A model generated the notes under the pieces. It saw nothing but the letters and a program-made list of their open reading frames with translations. It did not search any database and was not told where the DNA came from. Below, one piece after another: positions 47,085 through 48,924 of a stretch of DNA of 48,924 bases (position 1 is the first letter of the stretch; every line of letters begins with the position of its first letter). Source of the DNA: Chiloscyllium plagiosum (taxonomy: Eukaryota); assembly GCF_004010195.1 (NCBI RefSeq), contig NW_025215178.1:1-48924 (forward strand), written 5' to 3'. Made by a program: the position numbers and the translations under genes.

Positions 47085-47360
47085 CCACTGTTGACTCTCA
47101 AGGTCTGTTCACCATCTGTGTAACGGAATATTCCGCTGCCTGGGTGGGTGCAGTTCCAGCAATACTCAAGAAGCTTGACGAAGCCGCCCCCTTGATTGCC
47201 ACCCTATCCACAAATATTCACTCTCTGCCCCACTGATGCTCAGAAGCAGAAGTGTGGACCATTGATAAGATGCGCTGCACAAATTTACGAAGGATCTGAA
47301 GAAAGTACATTCCAAACACATGACAACAGGGAAGGTAGATGAATGGGAAGATTATACATG
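47085..47360 (+). mobile_element. L2-type LINE ORF2 C-terminal fragment
   Basis: EYS..AWVGAVPAILKKLD..NIHSLPH. Confidence 0.65.
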
Positions 47361-47769
47361 GGACCATCGATCAAACTTGGTTAAATGATAAATCTGTTCA
47401 CTAGGTATGTCTAAAAGTAAAGTGTTAACCTGGTGAAACTACAACAAATAAATACTTGAATGTAAGGAACCATACAAAGCAACAGGTAGACAGGGTTAAG
47501 GGATTCCACAACCTATGGATCAGACATAAAGTCTGCAAACCTGTCACCTCCATCAAGAATGGCTGTGTGCAATTTAACAAATCACTGTTTTCACTTGAAT
47601 GTTGAGGCTGAGGGGTGATCTGATGTAAGTTTATAAATTATGAAGGCATGGATAGAATAGCTAGTCAGAGTCTTTACCCCAGGGTAGAAATGTCAACTAT
47701 GGAGGGATAAAGACTTAGGGTGTTATGGACCAGACCAGATTCCCCCAAAGTATGATAAGATTATTTGAT

Positions 47770-48560
47770 TTGATTGGATTTATTATTGTCACATGTACCA
47801 AGATCCAGTGAAAAGCATTGTTTTGTGTGCTATCCAGTACTTGCTATCAAGTTTATATCGTATTACAGTTAGACAAAAAGGTGCAGATAAAAGATCAACT
47901 CTGAAATATGAGATGTCCATTCCTAAATCTTTTAACAGCAGGAAATAAGCGGTCTTGAATGTTTTGTGTGTTCTTTCCAATAGAAGAGATTAGATTAGAT
48001 TACTTACAATGTGGAAACAGGCCCTTCAGCCCAACAAGTCCACACCAACCCACCGAAGTGCAACCCACCCAAACCCATTCACCTACATTTGTCCGTTCAA
48101 CTAACACAACGGGCAATTTAGCATGGCCAATTCATCTAACCTGCACATTTTTGGGTTGTGGAAGGAAACCTGAGTATCCGGAGGAAACCCATGCAGACAC
48201 GGGGCGAATGTGAAAACTCCACACAGAAAGTCGTCTGAGGCGGGAATGGAACCCGGATCTCTGGTTTTGTGAGGCAGCAGTACTAACCACTGTGCTACTG
48301 TGCCACCATGTCGCCCCAAGAGTGTCAAAGAGATTATAATCAGGGTGGGTCGGGACTTTGATTATGTTGGCTGATTTCTGAATGCAGCAGAAAATGTAGA
48401 TGGAGTCAATGGATGGAAAATTGTTTGTATTCACGACTGTAACTTCATGCAGTCTTGGGCAGAGCAGTTGCCATGCCAAGTATGGATTGGATGGTGCTTT
48501 TATATAAATTGGGAAGAGTTATTGTGGACTTGCCAAATTTCCCTAGCCTTCTGAGGAAGG
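47770..48560 (-). mobile_element. Old LINE 3' fragment (possibly Rex/Babar-type) split by HE1
   Basis: TTTATTATTGTCACATGTACC terminus; continues after the HE1 with GATTATGTTGGCTG..GTAGATGGAGTCAATGGATGG. Confidence 0.5.
47987..48316 (-). mobile_element. HE1 SINE, full length
   Basis: (AGATT)n tail, V-SINE core and head; AAGAG on both flanks. Confidence 0.93.
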
Positions 48561-48924
48561 AAAAGAAATAGAAGTGTTCTTCCTATAGTGTGGTGTTCAA
48601 CTGTACCAATTGTGGTCAATTACAGTAGTTTCTCCTTACTCTTTTATTCGATGCCTTGAATAATAAATACAAGTATTCCATCTGCCTTCTTAATCATTTT
48701 ACCTATCTGCGCTGAACCTTCAGTTATCTATGGAATTTTGTACCAAATTACTCATTGTCAGCCTTAATGACCTCTCACATTATAACATCTCACTCCATTC
48801 CAAGGTGAATTCTATTTATCATTGTTCTGCAGAGCTGACCAGTCTGTTGGTATTCTCCTTCAACCCTCCACCACCATCCTCCGTCTTCAACCTTTGAGCC
48901 AGTTCTGTATCCAAATGACTAGTT

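Noticed and set aside
46694..47236. 180-aa Gly/Trp-rich ORF
   Set aside because: Low-complexity G-rich tract read into an L2 fragment; the splice signals point to the opposite strand.

Overview
Eukaryotic, repeat-dense, gapped (7 N-runs) genomic DNA. It is almost certainly from a shark, because it carries HE1 (V-SINE) elements with (AATCT)n tails plus elasmobranch-type CR1, L2 and Penelope-like elements; a carpet/bamboo shark is a guess. No intact cellular protein-coding gene is visible, and the long ORFs are retroelement remnants or N-run artefacts. The main signals beyond routine repeats are: (1) a ~3.9-kb palindromic block (25771-29648) of two mirror-image Penelope arms around a CR1 EN/RT segment, bounded by an imperfect 14-bp target-site duplication, with a 218-bp miniature of the same tail-out architecture (16-bp TSD) at 31054-31271; (2) decayed minimal hammerhead-ribozyme motifs in Penelope termini; (3) seven decayed tRNA genes (Ser x2, Lys, Asn, Leu, Thr, Val) in 6-23 kb; (4) a 96-bp inverted repeat built from a tRNA 5' flank; (5) orphan exon-like pieces, including a possible IgV/butyrophilin-like relic; (6) a 43-bp minisatellite and two arrays of a CATTGAAT satellite. 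All family assignments come from recalled consensus motifs, not database searches, and many repeat boundaries are approximate.
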